Shown here: positions 11,502 to 24,500 of the stretch, piece by piece
Layout: every line of letters begins with the position of its first letter
Numbering within the stretch: position 1 is the stretch's first letter
Source: Nemertoderma westbladi
Taxonomy: Eukaryota; Animalia; Xenacoelomorpha
DNA: 34,670 nt
Assembly (NCBI GenBank): GCA_032718475.1
Contig: JAUCBJ010002126.1
Span: forward strand, 1 to 34,670
Direction: 5' to 3'
Notes under the pieces: model-generated
Told to the model about the DNA's origin: nothing
The model's input: only the letters and a program-made list of their open reading frames with translations
Databases searched by the model: none
Position numbers and translations under genes: made by a program

Positions 11502-13009
11502 ATGAAATAACGTGACTATGGTGACACTATAGCCTATAATGCATCACAGTCTTACAGGCCATTTGCAAGGCACCAACAGTATATCTTTAACCATAACTAG
11601 GGAACATATATTCCAAATGCCCTTATTTAGAATGGGAATTTCCACTGTACATATACCTCAACCAGCTCTTGTCCCAAATACATTGCTCTGTCCAGTATAG
11701 GCTGTTATAATGAGCCCCGGATTCGTAGTTGACACATGGATTATATATCAGTGGAATTTTCCATTAACCTTTACATTATATAGCCAATAAGGGAGATGCC
11801 TAACTTTATAAATTTTGGTATTGGTCCAATGGCGAGGAGTTGGCTCATATGATGATTTGATTGGATGCCCCTATATTGGACAGGTTGGGAGTCATTACAC
11901 AACGTATTTGGGACGAAAGTCCCATAGAAGTGAAGGAAAACACCCTATTCTGGACAATGATGTAGATAGTATTGACAAGGGCTGCAGCTACCTGAGCTGC
12001 TGAGTACAAGTACTGGTTAACTGTACAACCCCAGTGGAGTTTACTACATGTGGTACCGGTACTACTTTACTAAAAGACAGTAGCACTATGCACTAGGCCG
12101 ATGTACAACTGCAGTATCTTGATGATTACTGTAATGTATTTCATTATTTCCCATGACATAACAAAACATGTGGAATTAACATTAATGGCTAGGAATTAAA
12201 CTTATTTCCTTGATTACTCTTAATGACTGCAACATATACATATATAGTATACATATGTGTACTCGCATCTGACATACACAATTGGACTTATTCCAGACAT
12301 TCAGAACATTTTTGGTTAATGAATAAGTATATGTTTCGGGTCAGAACGGGTTGGTACTATAAAACAATATATAGACAAACATTAAACAACAACAAACCAC
12401 TATGTTGAACGGGGGCAGTCACTCAACCTGCTGCACTCACCAAGAGGGATGCAAATAACAATCAGTTCCTGACTTTGATTATTTTTGGTTGAAGCACCAA
12501 ACATATAACAATAACACTAAAAATCCAAATACAGCATATAAAATAATAATTAAATCAACAGTCAGGCAGTCCAAACAGTTTGTACTGCAGCCGCAGTCAG
12601 AGTAGCTGACTGCTGATGGAATTGGCATAGGTATGTTTTCCAGTCAGCACAAAAGAAGAACGACGGTAGGTAGTAGGCTGAAGTCAGATTTTGCAATATT
12701 CCAAGAATTTGTGATGTCATCACGTTGTCCAGGCTGACTACCAATGGGCTTGACCTTTTATCTGCATCTGTTATAAAGGCCAATGAGAAGGCACCAGCGC
12801 ATCTACTTGTCTCTGTGGTGAGTCTGAGACAAAGAAACCGGTAAGCTAATTCCACCTGTATACTGCAACCATCCCTACGATGTTTCTCACAAATGTTCCA
12901 TACAACTGTTCTCCTGTTGATGTAAAGGACACAGCTTTTTACACTTATAATGAATAGTTTGATGGCGTAAAAGTTTTTATACCGCTCCCGAAAGTAGGGT
13001 TTTAGTTAC

Positions 13010-14355
13010 TTAATTGTACTACAAATTCAACTTTGTAATAGTTCCGATACTCCCACTCTTCGATTTCATCGATTACTAACCCCTTTTTCTTGGATTTACG
13101 TTTCCGTTACTTTCTTTTAGTTTCTTTTTCCTTAGGATGCATCACCTTGGTAGGAGGGCTACAATTCTCGTATGAAGGGTGTAATATTATCACATCCGAG
13201 GGTGTTGGATTTCTATTGGTATAACCACCCGTAGAAGTACCTGGTAGATTTGGGTCGAAAACGGGCAGTTCTGGCAGTTTTCTATTCTTTGCTTCAGCAT
13301 CTAAAGTCTTACGATATTTTCGCATGGCGGTTGAGCATGCGTTAATTAAGGCTCGCTTATCTTCATTTGAGTAGATGTAGAAGCGGTGCGCTGTCCTCTA
13401 GTTGACAAAAATTGTCTAGGTTGAACTAGACTAGTAGCTGCCTTTTCTCTAGCATGATACTCATAGGGTCACTGCTTAATTTCCTGAAGTTCAAGATGTT
13501 GATTAGGAAAGGCAGTCCCATAATGTGAGTCCTGATCGATGGTTGCAAGAATGTCATACAAGTTTAAATTATGTGGATTTAAATTGTGGATATATTGCCA
13601 TACAAATGGAGTAGAAATACATTCACTAACTCGTTTAATGAATTCGTAGCTGGGAATATGAGAACATTGTACTAGTTGAGGAAATACAAAAGGGTTTACG
13701 AAAAGAGTTTGACTTTACCATATGGTCGAGATGTTGATGGAGTCTTTCAAGCTCAACCAAATCCAAGGGTTGATTAATAGGAGGAATTTTAAACTGGGAG
13801 TAGGATCCTCTGGTTTAATCATATAATAATGAGAGAGAGTCACATAATAGGGATGATGTTTGATACCATATAAAGGATATTGAAGAGGATGATTCGTCTC
13901 TTACCATTCGGCGTATCAGGTCAGCACGATTATCTGGTGGTTTAACGAGTTTGCCATCTACACGAGCTGGTTCAACAGGTGGTTTGCTAAACATAGGAGA
14001 GTCTGTGATAAGTTAGTTACATTGCACATCAACATTAACAGGTTGAGGTTGTACTACATTGAAGGGTAGATCTCCGAACTTTGGTATCATAGAAGGATGC
14101 GTAATCATTTTGGAATAGAGGTTCGTCATTAACACCTGGGCTTCAGGTTGAGCTAAAGCAGCTTCTTCTCTTTCTTCCAATTCGATTTGTTCTGCTACCT
14201 CTCCCTCTAAGGCTCGCAGTAAAGCCTCGAGGTCCTCGGCTGAAGATCTAATGTTTCTACTCTACCCTTGCCATCAAAGCGGATCCAGAGCAGAAGCACT
14301 AGATCGAGCCGATTCACTCGAGATTATTCCCCTCACAGACCATAATGTTATATAA
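13010..14355 (-). pseudogene. Decayed accessory ORF B (~430 codons), unknown product
   Basis: Minus-strand frames link SSAEDLEALLRALEGEVAEQIELEEREEAA...PPVEPARVDGKLVKPP...HHPYYVTLSHYY...MRKYRKTLDAEAKNRKLPELP through several stops and frameshifts; no recognisable domain. Confidence 0.55.
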
Positions 14356-14705
14356 GTAAGCTGCCAGTAGGCCTTTCACCATCCCAGTTCACTATTGTAA
14401 TCATACTTTAGTAGTAAACAATCATACAATCTTCATACAAACAACTTCGTAATGTCTTAAAAATAGTAAGAACAAAACTCCATTATTCATCAGTATTCCA
14501 GAATGTCACATTTATTAAGTGTCCTTGGACACCCTGTTATTGGCTGTTTGCATTATTCGCGTTTTTGCCGAAGCATTTTAGTTGCTAAGGTGACACTATG
14601 CAATACGATCATAGCGTACTCTATTAATAGAGTACGCTATGAATACGAGCAATAGAATTCGGGTGTATCTCATACATTCAGATCTGGGATATTATTTTAT
14701 AGGGA
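14350..14705 (-). other. Conserved non-coding unit, copy A (homologous to 28965-29375)
   Basis: Colinear identical blocks: actttagtagtaa (14405/29015), ttccagaatgtcac (14496/29109), gttgctaaggtgaca (14581/29287), cagatctgggat (14679/29348). Confidence 0.8.
14609..14642. repeat. Perfect 34-bp palindrome flanked by ATACGA direct repeats
   Basis: tcatagcgtactctatt|aatagagtacgctatga; atacga at 14603-14608 and 14643-14648. Confidence 0.9.
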
Positions 14706-14778
14706 ATCTTTACTTATAATTATAAGTAATTCATGACATGTTAAATTTTACTAGCTAGTTGGCATCTAGACTAGAATT

Positions 14779-15200
14779 TTACGTATAATGCGTATAGCGC
14801 GAGGTAAATTTTCGATAATCGAGTTCTCGTTTAAGTTGTTTCTCAGTCATCGGTGGTTCAATGTAATGTCCATCATCCGTAGTCGTAGATTGACTAGCAT
14901 CGCCGCTCAACAAACTATCGAGAAATGCTTGTAGAGGTTGCATATATCTCTCCTTAATACCAAGATCTTCCTCTATCAATTAAGTCATTGTAGGGGAGTT
15001 TATAGAGTTTATAGTCTCTGAGGTAAAGCTAGCAAGCATCGCTGCCTTCGAGGTTTCCCCCGACCGGACCCTGGACAGCCTGAGATCTTCAGTGCTGATG
15101 TACCGCTGTCGCTATGTTTACGCCAACGGAGTAGCTACAAAACGACAACGATAATCAGCGCGAGTCACTCCACTGTCCATCCCAAGGGCTCCAAGATGCT
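14779..15200 (-). pseudogene. Decayed accessory ORF A (~140-150 codons), 5' end split by the BEL insertion
   Basis: One frame reads MDSGVTRADYRCRF (ATG 15180)...ETSKAAMLASFTSETINSINSPTMT*LIEEDLGIKERY...YT* with three internal TAA/TAG; continues in frame across the ATGCT TSD into 27829-27850 (LTCDQYLKHLG). Confidence 0.55.
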
Positions 15201-17341
15201 TGTAAGCAGATTCAATTCTGTGCATTACATATTATACATGCGATACATGCCGTAGGCCACAGGGAGAGTTGAGAGGTCAAACCACCTCAGAGGGCCAAAC
15301 AAGCTAGTAAGGCTAGCACGAAGGGACAGTGGCAACAGGGAGTGGCGAGGTGTCAATTAATCAGGTTAAGCCAATGGTGGGCGGGAAAGCACTCTGGGGG
15401 TGATTAGAGCGCATCTATTGGATATTCAGGCCACTCAGTAGCGTAGGGGTAATTTAATATGTATCAATGATATAACCATTGTGATTATTGATTATTAGTT
15501 TAGTTGGTTCCTTACAGCACCCCTGGTTTTAAAAACTTTTAGTGTCATGAAAAATACCGTGAAATCTGTGACTGCCAGCTCTTATATAATGGTCTGCATA
15601 GCAAAAAAAAATATTTTTTAAAATATTTTATCGAGCTCCTTTTTTTTAGCACCTAAAAATGTGTTCTAGAACATTTCTTAGGTGGTGTGCGGAGTTGTCG
15701 AATTTAGGTAACTTGAATACTGATTCCTTATATTAGCCATTATATGCGAAATTCGCTCAGGATTTCAAATCTGCAAACAGTTTCATAATATCTTGTTTAG
15801 TTTTCGAGATATCGTGAAAAATGTGATGCGCACCCAAAAAGTGCGTGCGGCTCCAAATTTTCAATTTTCAGTAAATTGAAATATTCACTAAAAAATGAAA
15901 ATTATCGATTTCTATAGGTTTTTTGCGATGCTGAATGCAATGGTAATATTTTCCAGAAGGCTGGGTGAATTGTCATACTACTTTTCATTGGGTGCTGAAA
16001 TTTGGAAAATGAAAATCAAATTTTCAACCATTGGAAATTTTCAATATAAAGCTCTGATTTACGATTTATTAAGATTCTGTGTGTTGCTGAATGTAACAAT
16101 AATGTTTTCTCAATAAGAGGTTTACTGTGTATACAATTTTTACTAAACTGTCTAAAAAATGTGATGAGATATATTTAATTTCTAAGTCATACGTTTGTAT
16201 TATTGTCATCCTACTTATATATTCTAAAATATTTCAAAACACAATACTTCGATTAATTATCTTTATGTATTTTTATTAAACTTTTATGAATATTTATATA
16301 ACTTTTACAAAGTTTTGAATAACTTTTAGAACTTTTCTATGACTTTTTTCGGATTTTTCTATAACTTTTAGAAAATTTTATACCGCTTTTAATACATGTT
16401 TTGGAAATTATTATATAACTTTTGGTAATTTTTATACAGCTTTTGCTAACGAATATGATGCTTTGGGAAACATTATATACATAGTAAACCAGTTATCCAG
16501 AAAATAATACTGTAGCATTGAAAACCATACAAAACCTAAAAAAAATAGCTAATCATAGGTTTAAACGGGATATTACCAAACTTATAAAATTTGTCATTTT
16601 TGTTTTTAAAATTTCAGCACCCAATGAAAAGTAGCACAACAATTCACTCAGACTTTTGGAAAATATTACCATTGCATTCAGCATGGCAGAAAACCTATAG
16701 AAATCGATAATTTTCATTTTTTAGTGAATATTTCAATTTACTGAAAATTGAAAATTTGGCGCCGCACGCACTTTTTGGGTGCGCATCACATTTTTCACGA
16801 TATCTCGAAAACTAAACAAGATATGATGAAACTGTTTGCAGATTTGAAATCCTGGGCGAATTTCGCATATAATGGATAATATAAGGAATCAGTATTCAAG
16901 TTACCTAAATTCGACAACTCCGCACACCACCGAAAAAATGTTCTAGAACACATTTTTAGGTGCTAAAAAAAAGGAGCTCGATAAAATATTTTAAAAAATA
17001 TTTTTTTTTGCTATGCAGACCATTATATAAGAGCTGGCAGTCACAGATTTTACGGTATTTTTCATGACACTAAAAGTTTTTAAAACCAGGGGTGACAGTT
17101 GTGATACCGGAATAGTTTTAACCGCCGTCACTAACCGTTGTATTGCATGCTATTATATTCAGACTGTGCTATTATCGTTTACTGTGATTATTAATGCTGA
17201 TAACCAAACTCAGTTATTTTGAATGACGTTCGGCCTACTATATATCCAGGCGACAGCTCAGCAGCCCACGAACGCGGCAACGCGTATAATTCACACACCG
17301 GTCGGGATCCGATACTGCCAACTCTGTTGGTTCCCATCACA
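15201..17341 (+). mobile_element. 5' LTR (560 bp once the insertion is removed)
   Basis: tgtaagcagattcaatt...ggttcccatcaca aligns to 27188-27823, split at 15517/17099. Confidence 0.92.
15518..17094. mobile_element. 1577-bp non-autonomous foldback DNA transposon, Chapaev (CMC)-like, ~486-bp TIRs, 4-bp TSD ACAG
   Basis: CACCCCTGG...CCAGGGGTG ends; 15518-16003 is a near-perfect reverse complement of 16608-17094; ACAG at 15514-15517 and 17095-17098, with the empty site visible in the 3' LTR (ccttacagttgtga). CAC/GTG ends plus 4-bp TSD are Chapaev hallmarks. Confidence 0.9.
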
Positions 17342-17450
17342 GTTAAAACTATCCACCTGAGACAACTACTGAACACAGTTAAAACTACCCATCCAGAAAC
17401 AGCTACAGTTAAAACTGCCAACAAACTGTGACCACAACAACAAGCCAAAG

Positions 17451-18463
17451 ATGAGTGAACACACGCCCCAAGGTTTGGAAAGGGGGAGAACTCCGCCGCA
17501 CACCCCGAGCGATAGAGACCAAACGATTCGGGAGGCGGCGACGAGGCGGTACCGGCCCACCATACCGGATTCGTCAACGAGGGACGCTCCGGACATCGAG
17601 GAGGAGGGTGGCCGAGTACGAGGAGGAGGGGAGAGCGAGTCGACATGAGACCAAGGCGGCGAACGGGGTACCGAAGTTGCCGGCCAACCACTGGCCGAGG
17701 GCGGCGAACGGCCCACCGGAACGGCGACGGTGGGGCCTACGGTACGGCGCCGTACAAGGAGGGAAGGCAAAGTCCAGGAGGAAGACATCGGGACGAGTGA
17801 TCGCCTGCGACGAGGGTACAACGCCACCAAGAGGTTGTTGAAGGACGCTAGAGAGGGGAGAAAGGTAGACCAGCCCAAGTTGTACCAAAGGCTAGGTGAG
17901 TGCAACAAACATTTTCGCTATCTAGTCCGATTTGGGCAGGGGGAACTAGCAAGTGAGAGGGCGAGGGGGGTCGCCACAGAACTGTTCGAATTATGGCGAT
18001 CCGAGGTGGTTGAGGCCAGTGTAGTGTACATAGGGCCTTATCTAGTAGATGCGAGGGGGATTAAGTTAGTGGGATGGGCAGACCCACACGACAGCGAATC
18101 TGAGGTCAACCCCGAAGATTCGGTGCCGTCGGTTAGTAGGAATCCCAGTAAACACGGGAAAATTAGTAGGACGGGCAGGCGACGGGAGTTCGTCGCAACC
18201 GAAAAGTCTGCTACATCCTCCGCGAAAGCAAGAAGGGTGTTAGAGATAGATATGGTGTTTCAATTAGATATCGTGGCGCTGGATCAAAAGGAACTAGAGA
18301 GACAGCTGGGTGAGGGGCCTGCATTACTAGAGAGGGAGAGGGAATTAGCGAAAGAGTGTAAAGAGAGGGCCGAGAGGGTGGCTATAGAGAGCGGGAGGAG
18401 AGAGAAATGAACGAGCGAAGAGAGCGAGAGGCAAGGGAAGCAGAGTTGGCTAATCAGAGTATT

Positions 18464-18496
<33 letters not shown>

Positions 18497-21400
18497 CGGG
18501 CAAACGTATGCGGGATGATATGCATACCCAGTTGAGGGGGTTGATGCAATATCAGGCAAAACAGAAACGCCAATTAGAACTGGCAAAAATGGGTTTATCA
18601 TAGAGCGAGGCTGGTTCGGGGAGTATTTATGAGGAACCGGGAGTGATGGAAACCTTTGTTAATACCCCACTTACAGGTACTGGACGACAAACCCAAGACT
18701 GGGGGGGGGGGGGTGGGGTGTTAACAATACTTTTAGGGAAAACCTTAATATTAATAGTACCGCAATAGATAACCCTAATAATAACAACACTTTCTTTGCA
18801 GGAAATCATATTTTATTTAATAATATTGGAGAACAAAATAATTTAAATAATAATATTAATCTTAGTGAACAAAATAATTTAAATAATTTAAATAATAATT
18901 CGGATATTAATCAAAATAACCTAAATAATAACGCAACAAATCAACAGGGTGAGGCTAATGGCGGTACAATTAATATAAACGTAGGGGGAACGGGCAATTT
19001 GCCTAGTGATGGCCTACAAGGCCACGCAGTTGCGCAGGAAGGAACGTGGGTAAATGAGCCCGGTGAGGATAAAACTAACGTGTCGAGTGGAGGGGGAACA
19101 GGCAATTTGCCTAGTGAGGGCCTACAAGGCCACGCAGTTGCGCAGGAAGGAATGCGGGTAAATGAGCCCAGTGAGGATAGAACTAACGTGTCGACTGGAG
19201 GGGAGCATGGGCATGGGGGCGAATTGAGAGGTGACGGGTGGGGGGGGGGGGGGGGCTACGGGCGCCCCACCACAACTAATTAATGACGAGAGGGGGGGGG
19301 GGGGCAGAATATGCCCCACGAGTGTCGGCAGATAATGCGCGCGGTGAGTTAAGTGAACCGTGGCACCCGACGACAGAGGATAATAGGAGGACTGTGAATA
19401 TCTGCGGGGCCATCCAACTGCAACCGGGCAGAGGGAGGGATGTTGGTGCGTAAGCGGCCAAACGAGGAAACGTCGAGCCCACTCAGAAGATGGAAGAAGA
19501 ACAGTGGAGTCCATCCGGGAGGTTGATACGAGATCTCATGAAGGAGGACATCATGTTAAAATGAAAAGAAGCGAAGAGGGACAAGCAAGTGTTGCTACGG
19601 GCAACCACAGAGAAAGGACAGACAGTGAACTCTCGATGGTGAACCGTCGATAGTCGAGGTGAAGAAAGAGAGCCGGTGGGGTCGTACTCCGGGAGATTGC
19701 CGTCGCCCCGGAAAAACACAACCTGGTGAAATATACCACACACCGGGAGAGGGGTACAGAGTGTACCGGTACGAGGAAGAAGACAGGAGAGGGGATCGGA
19801 GGGAAACTTCCTGTCGGAACATAGCTGCCAATCGGGAATATGGTAGTCGTGGGGAGGACTTCTCGGAATATTCGAGAAGATTAAACTTCGATCCGGAAGG
19901 ACACAGGCAGACTGCAGGATATACTATAGGCCTTACTGCACATACTATAGGCCATGCTGGGAGAGATAGTGTAGGCGATAGGGTAGCGCGAATGACGGGA
20001 TTGGACCCAGAGGTTGCGGCATACATACCGGTCAGTAGGCAATAACCCGATAGGCCTATACTGGTACCTGCACACCAGTATGACTATAACATGCAGGGAT
20101 ACAATATATATCCAGGGGAGGAGGGGGTATTGCAGATAGGTGTATGGGCCCCAATATAATAACATCAACCCCAGTACCAAACATAACATCGGTGGGGGGG
20201 GGGGGGGGGCAGGGTGACATTCCCCCATTACGGTATCCGCAATATACACAACCAAAAACAAGAACCCCGATCCCCTCAGATCCAAACAAATCGTGCGATA
20301 CAGAGATATGGAGGGGACCGCTACCCCCGATTCTATATCCCACTCAGGGAAAGTCGACGAGCCTGATAGGCGGACCGCACCCAATATCAAAGGAGCCTGT
20401 ATCCCTAACATCGAGCGCGCTGGAAGTACAAGCGATGGGAATGGCAACACTCATCGATGTGCTGAAAACTAGAATTGAGGTGCCACCTGTGGAGCCCTTC
20501 AAATTCGATGGTAGTAAGCCGGAGGAATATCTACAATTCTGGCGCATGTACAGCAATGAAATCTTAACAAAAAATCTCATGCAGGCGGAGTGCCTTAAAT
20601 ATCTACAAGTCTATACAGGGGGGCCAGCTTACGACATCGTGAGGCAATACCAAGGTATTGAAGGAGGATTCAGGGACAGGGATTCCTGGACAGGGAATTC
20701 GGCCATCCTGCAAAGATTATCCGACAAACCTTAAGGGGAATAACATCAGGCGGACTCGCAGATAACCCTGTTAGCATCAAGACTTTCGCTAACAAAGTAG
20801 AAAAGTATTAAAGACTCTAGATAGATGCACCTTACGAACTCAATGCATCAAACAACATCACCACAATAGCGCAGGCACTATCGATCTGGCTGAGAAACAA
20901 ATGGAGAAAGATCGCTTTCTCCACTCGAGAAAAGAAAGGTGTGGAGCCAGGGTTGGAGGAGATGTCGAACTTCCTTAACTATGAGGCGGAGTTAATCACA
21001 GATCCAGTCTATAGTGAGGACAGTCTGGGGAAGGCACCAACAACCGAATACAGCAGGCCTAAACCCGAACATAGTGCGGCGAATGCACTTCCAAAGGTGA
21101 GGCAGTCGCTACTGTATGCAGCCACGCAGGGGACTTCTAGTCCACAGAGAGCTGGAAGTAGAGCCACACCATGGCAGGGACAGAGACAAACTAACAATAC
21201 AAACAAATACAAACCCAATACCCCCAGCAGGCCGAGTCCAAGTAACCAAAACACCAAACCACTAGATATGAATCTAAGCGCAATACGTGAAGCGCTATAC
21301 AAGGAACGCTACAACCCCCAATACAAATGCCAATTAAATAGGTTCGGTACACATAAGACCATCAACTGTAAACACTGGCAGGCGTTGCTTAAACAAGATT

Positions 21401-21520
21401 GGGTAGCCTACACGGGTAAGAATGGACTATGCCATCGATGCGCGGTAGGAGGACACAGGAATGGACGAGTGCCAGGAACCGCCGGTAAAATACGACGAGA
21501 TTGATGGGACTGGAGGACAG
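17451..21520 (+). pseudogene. gag: BEL/Pao gag (disrupted)
   Basis: ATG 17451 in frame with 17730-18410 through TGA stops; DUF1759-like FKFDGSKPEEYLQFW near 20500; Cys/His knuckle remnants (CQLNRFGTHKTINC, GLCHRCAVGGH) at 21328-21480; many stops and frameshifts. Confidence 0.85.
18984..19203 (+). repeat. 108-bp in-frame tandem duplication in gag
   Basis: ttgcctagtga(t/g)ggcctacaaggccacgcagttgcgcaggaagg at 18999 and 19107. Confidence 0.9.
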
Positions 21521-24500
21521 ACAGGACAGACAATGGTGACAAGCACTGTGGGAACAAAGAAAAGGGGAACAGTTCTACTTGGAGTGGTACCAGTGTGGAT
21601 AATACGGGAGAACGAGCTATCGGTCACCACACTAATGCTGGTCGATAGCGGAGCAGCGTTCACGCTAGCGGAAAGTTGGGTGGCCGAAAGGATAGGGTTA
21701 TGGACGAGGCAAAGTAAAATGGCAGTAACCACTATTTCCAGTAAGGACGAGGTCATGGGAATGAGGATGGGACGCTGTGAGATAGCAGTGATAACACCAG
21801 GGTGCGATTATGGGGCTACCATCGAACCCATTCAGATAATATAATCGATCAATATTAACGCCAGGCGACCCACAAAGATCAAGGTCAGGCTATACCGGTA
21901 CCTGAATAACTTCGATTTCTCCGTGCCCGAGCTGGACGTCCTGAAAGTATCTCTCATAGTCGGCATGGATTGTCCGACAGCCTACGAGAGACTTCAGATC
22001 GTTTTCGGTGAGGATAGGGAGCGAGACCCGGTGGCAATCCTCACGCTGTTCGGATGGACGCTCAGTGGCCCAATTAAGACCAGAATCCCATTTAGTGTGT
22101 CCAAATCCTCAGGGTGCATGTCCGCAGGGACAATGAGGAAAATGGAGGACGAAGGAGCAGAGGAACAACTCAAGAGGCTGCTGCGGCAGGACTTCGAGGG
22201 ATTGAAGGAGACCGGGGTCGGAACCTCGGTAGAGGATAAACAGGCGCAAGAGAGCGTGAGGAGCTGAAATGTGAAGAGGGGCGATATACCATAGGGATGG
22301 TATGGAAGCAACCAAAGGTTCCACTGCCAGACAATAAGAGGATGGTCTTGACGAGGCTTCGAAAATTAAAGCAGATGCTTAAACAGAGCCCCGAAAAGGA
22401 TGAATACATCCACAAGACAATTAAGAAGTATGTGGACAGAGGATGGGCCATGGAACTACCGGTCGATGACCCAAATATGGATAGGACCTACTATTTGCCA
22501 CTCCATGTGGCCCTGGACCCTAAGAAAGGCAAGTTAAGAATGGTGGTCGATGCGTCTGCCAAGACCAATGGCAAGAGCCTGAATGACTACCTGTTGGAAG
22601 GCCCCAATATCTACAACTCGGGGATAGAGGTACTGTTAAGATTTAGAAATGGAAAGCATGCCTTCACGTGCGATATAGAGGTTTAATCAAGTGCGAATGA
22701 CGGAGGAAGACAGCGATAGTCAGCGCTTCCTGTGGTACAACAGCGACGAAGAACCGTCAGAGATACCGATGTACAAGATGGTAGTGCAGAACATGGGGGC
22801 CAAATCATCCTCGTTTACTATGACTACAGCTGTAAGAGACACGGTGGAGGGCAAAGAAGGGGAGTATAGTGAGAAGGCAATCGACATGATTCAAAGTGGA
22901 TTCTATGTGGACGATGGGATGGGGTCTGGAAACACATTTGAAGAGATACTCGATGTAGGGCACGAAGTTCGTGACATACTGAAGGGATCAGGATTCAACC
23001 TCACAAAATTCCAGTCCAACTCTAGAGAATATATGGAGGCCATAGAAGATAAACAACCAGAGGCAAAGATGGATAAACCTATGATGGTGAAGAAGCAGAT
23101 TATGGCGGACAAGAGGATGGAGTCGCAGCAGACACTAGGGATCATATGGAACCGTGAGACGGATGAGTTGGAATATGAACTAAGTCAGGAGGGTGCCGGG
23201 ATCCATACTAAACGAGGCTATATGTCATATATAGTGAGGATTTACGATCCCCTGGGTCTAGCATCCCCATTGTTAGTCACGGGGAAACAAATATTAAAGA
23301 AGGTATATAAATTGAAAGACGACTGGGATGCGGAGGTCCCAGTGGAGATAAGTAGACAATGGGACAAATGGACAGGGAGCCTCGAGGAGATGGGGACATA
23401 TAGTATGCCACGTGTATACTTCCCGGATGGAGACATGACCAATTTGGAACTACATATGTTTTCCGACGCATCCTTGGAAGCATATGGAGCGGCACTTTAT
23501 TTGTACAGCGAAAGGGGACTCATAAGCCCAGGCTTCCATTTAGTAAAGCGAGGTCAATGCCATCAGATTCAGCATCAGTGCCGAAACTCAAGCTAACGGC
23601 TGCGAGATTAGGAGTAAGAGCGACAGCATACTTGGTGGACACAATACCAAGTATAGTAGAGATGCACTACTGGACAGATTCCATGGTAGTGTTGGGATGG
23701 CTGCATAACGAGAAGACGCGTTATCCCATATTTGTGGCGAATAGGGTGGATGAGATAAGAGCAACGACCAATTTGGAGAAGTGGCACTACTGCCCAACTG
23801 ATGACAATCCAGCAGATCTGCTATTGAGGGGCATTGTACGCCACGCTTTCTCGAGAAAGCAGGAGTTTTGGCAGCATGGGCCGCACTTCCTGAATGATAG
23901 GTCAAGCTGGCCACCAATGAGGAAGGTAGACCCAAGTACAGAGGAGGTGACGGTGGAGGAGGAGGGAGAGGAATCAGAGGGGGAAGAAATATACATCCAA
24001 TTAGTGAGGGAGGTTAAGGAAGCGCCACCGCAATTAAAGCCGAGAGAGTCGTGCGATAATGCAGCGGATAGGTTGCTCAGTTACAGCTCCAGCTGGTATA
24101 AGACTAACAAGCTAGTAGCATATCTGAGGGCCTATAGAGAATTCCTCAGGGGAGTTGGTAAGGATACCAAAACGAGACCCACCATCGATCTGGAAGGGGC
24201 AGCCAAAGCCGTGATACGATACGAGCAAAGGAAGGGGTATGGAGACGAAGTAAACATCGTCAGCAAATAACAATACCTTTGTCAAGACAGCGAGCTAAAC
24301 GCACTGTCACCACAGTTGGACAATGATGGGATCCTGGTGATGAACTCCAGGGTGATAAACAACAACAGCCCAGTCATCCCACCAAAACCGATAATAATCC
24401 CCAACAAGTCACCAATAGTCCACCAGTTCATATGGGACTCCCATAAGTCTATATTACATGGGGGTACTAACCAGACCCTGATGGAGATCTGAAAGACATT

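Noticed and set aside
12562-12855. 97-aa minus-strand ORF or possible exon
   Set aside because: No recognisable domain, non-ATG start and no supporting exons.
14487-14493. Hammerhead core CTGATGA on the minus strand
   Set aside because: Not present in the homologous copy B, and no correctly placed stem II plus GAAA found.
17328-17337. TGGTTCCCAT as a tRNA-Glu primer-binding site
   Set aside because: It lies inside the LTR as defined by both copies and the TSD, not downstream of it.
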